In this document: one piece after another, positions 62,404-64,000 of the stretch
How positions within the stretch are numbered: position 1 is the stretch's first letter
How the letters are laid out: every line of letters starts with the position of its first letter
Assembly: GCA_964035545.1 (NCBI GenBank)
Contig: OZ037767.1
Coordinates: 9,062,581 to 9,126,580 of the forward strand
DNA: 64,000 bases
Source of the DNA: Bugula neritina
Taxonomy: Eukaryota > Animalia > Bryozoa
Direction: 5' to 3'
Notes under the pieces: generated by a model
The model's input: only the letters and a program-made list of their open reading frames with translations
What the model was told of the DNA's origin: nothing
The model's database searches: none
Made by a program: the position numbers and the translations under genes

Positions 62404-63690
62404 CTAGTGTAAAACGTTATTGTCTCTCAGCATACTTGGTGCTTTACCTGCAGTCATTAAATTTAGGCTATAGTATAAATGAAACTGTTGGAATATTTAA
62501 TACAATAAACAAAGGATTTGAACAGCGTCTGCATGTATTTTAATATTCTGACTTATCCCAACACTGTAGTAACTGTAAATAGGACGCTCTGTTTATTCAG
62601 GACTTGCATGTATCACATTATCTACAGAGTGACTTTTTATTCCATACTTGTTCTAGTATTTAAAACACTTTTCTGTAAAAAATTTATATGATTGGTCTTT
62701 GGAGTTGGACACTGTTAACCGGTAAACTATCATACAAATGTTTAGACTGAGTTTTGTCGTAAGAGTGGTGATAGAGTATTTTCATACAGCAACTGGTATA
62801 CAGTATTTAGTAGGTACAGCTGCTGTCCACAGTTAAGCTGTCGCTGTCAAAACTTTGTTGGGTTGAGTCCTAGAGTAATGCATTGATACAGTTTTTTTTA
62901 ATTTTGAAAATGATAAAATATAACTAACGTCACTGCTTTCATATAATGTTATAATGAGCTTAATGCTTTATATATTGTGCACCCTAGACTGCTTTCTTGT
63001 TGTCTACACTTATATAATATACTCATATAACAGCAGTGTGTTCTACTGGCATGTATTATATTATTTTACTGGCATGTATTTCAGGTTAACATCAGCCAAA
63101 ACAGACCTGCAGAAGGCAGTACAGTCCGCCTTAACTGTCCAGTCAGTGAAGAAGAAAATGACAACTATTGTGAGGAAACTCAACTTTAACACCACAGCTC
63201 TGCCGTTGGGAGCTAACAACTATGGTCACAACACAAGTACGAGTTTTTGATAACAAAACCAGAATATATGGACTATTAACTTTTGGTGAAAACCTGAACA
63301 AATCAAAATTATACTGATTGTCTTATAGTGTGATGAGTTTCATGGTTTTGCTTTGATTAGCTGGCTCACCATTTGTAACACTGCCATTATAAACAATTTC
63401 TAGTTTTTATTTCCTTCGTAACTTTCTCCTGTTCTAATGCTGTAGTCACATGTGCATTGCTTTGCTTCATTGTGGCTTTTGATAAAATAGTTTATTAGGA
63501 AACTGTAAATAGCAATAGTTTAAACTTCATCTTTTTTGTGGCATGTTTTTATTATATAGCTTTTTACTTATTTAATTTTCTGTGGTGATTTTAGTCCTTC
63601 TATTTGTTTACAGACGTGAGACCTCCATCACCGCTAAAGGAAGACGACTCTGATTCTGAATATTATTCAGATGACTCAGATGAAGATTAG
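56956..63690 (+). CDS. Type I membrane protein with five sushi/CCP domains, ~550 aa, 11 exons
   Basis: Signal exon 56956-57016 (MGWGVSYGLLFSLLRISFTS). Five phase-1 exons each encode one C...C..G...C...W....C module: 57610-57792, 57932-58135, 58576-58764, 58869-59060, 59293-~59475. TM exon 60228-60385 (FGIVALSIIGVIIALLVAA). Cytoplasmic exons 60511-60598, 61152-61317, 63085-63236, 63614-63690. Confidence 0.82.
57381..57518. mobile_element. MITE family A copy
   Basis: gcagtaatgaagaaattgagaaaagc ... gctatctcaatttctccactattgctccta. Confidence 0.72.
59490..59655. repeat. Degenerate ~17-bp minisatellite (agtattagttactatac)
   Basis: Tandem agtattagt(t/c)actat units. Confidence 0.7.
62314..62401. 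repeat. (TA)n microsatellite
   Basis: Long uninterrupted TA run. Confidence 0.95.
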
Positions 63691-63697
63691 CTTCCAC

Positions 63698-63820
63698 CTG
63701 TCTCAAGTCGTTCTTAAGTCGGTTTCAAGTCTGTCTCAACCTGTCTCAAGTCTGTCTCAAGTCTGCCTCAAGCCTATCTCAAGTCTTTCTCAACTCTGTT
63801 TCAACTCTGTCTCAACTCTA
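63698..63820. repeat. 11-bp tandem repeat (tgtctcaagtc) in the 3' UTR
   Basis: Repeated tctcaagtctg / tctcaactctg just after the stop codon of the sushi gene. Confidence 0.75.
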
Positions 63821-64000
63821 CCTGTTTTGTTATATATTTATTTCTCCATATTTTCATCTGCATTCATCAATTTGTTGTCTAACTGTCTCCATGTAGAACT
63901 TCTCTCTCTCCCAGCACTCCTTCTGTGTCTGCATATACGTACTGTTACTCCTTTGTCTGTTGTATGGTAGTTTATATTACACCTACCTTCTTCCAGTTAT

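Noticed and set aside
62295-62543. YIYIYI ORF
   Set aside because: Translation of the (TA)n microsatellite.

Overview
AT-rich, intron-rich animal (invertebrate) genomic DNA, not prokaryotic. I assembled the host genes by hand from GT-AG splice sites. They are two tandem galactose-3-O-sulfotransferase-like paralogs (minus strand; the left copy is cut by the window edge and frameshifted in exon 1), an inverted orphan copy of the last sulfotransferase exon, a two-exon COX8 gene that the ORF track misses, a ~28-exon RGS22-like gene (minus), a GALNT2-like polypeptide GalNAc-transferase (plus) and a type I membrane protein with five sushi domains (plus). tRNA-derived SINEs, MITE/foldback elements and satellites are scattered through the introns. 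The main feature is an intact, very young Ty3/Gypsy LTR retrotransposon (37825-45241) with identical 277-bp LTRs, ATAC target-site duplication, a tRNA-Leu PBS and a single gag-pol ORF. In the env position it carries a second ORF that does not look like env. It looks like a transcription factor, with an acidic N-terminus, two C2H2-type zinc fingers, a basic NLS-like stretch and a six-heptad coiled coil, and it is preceded by a TATA box and in-frame splice signals. It is a candidate retrotransposon-encoded regulator analogous to the trans-activators of complex retroviruses. Exon coordinates were read by eye and may be a few bases off.
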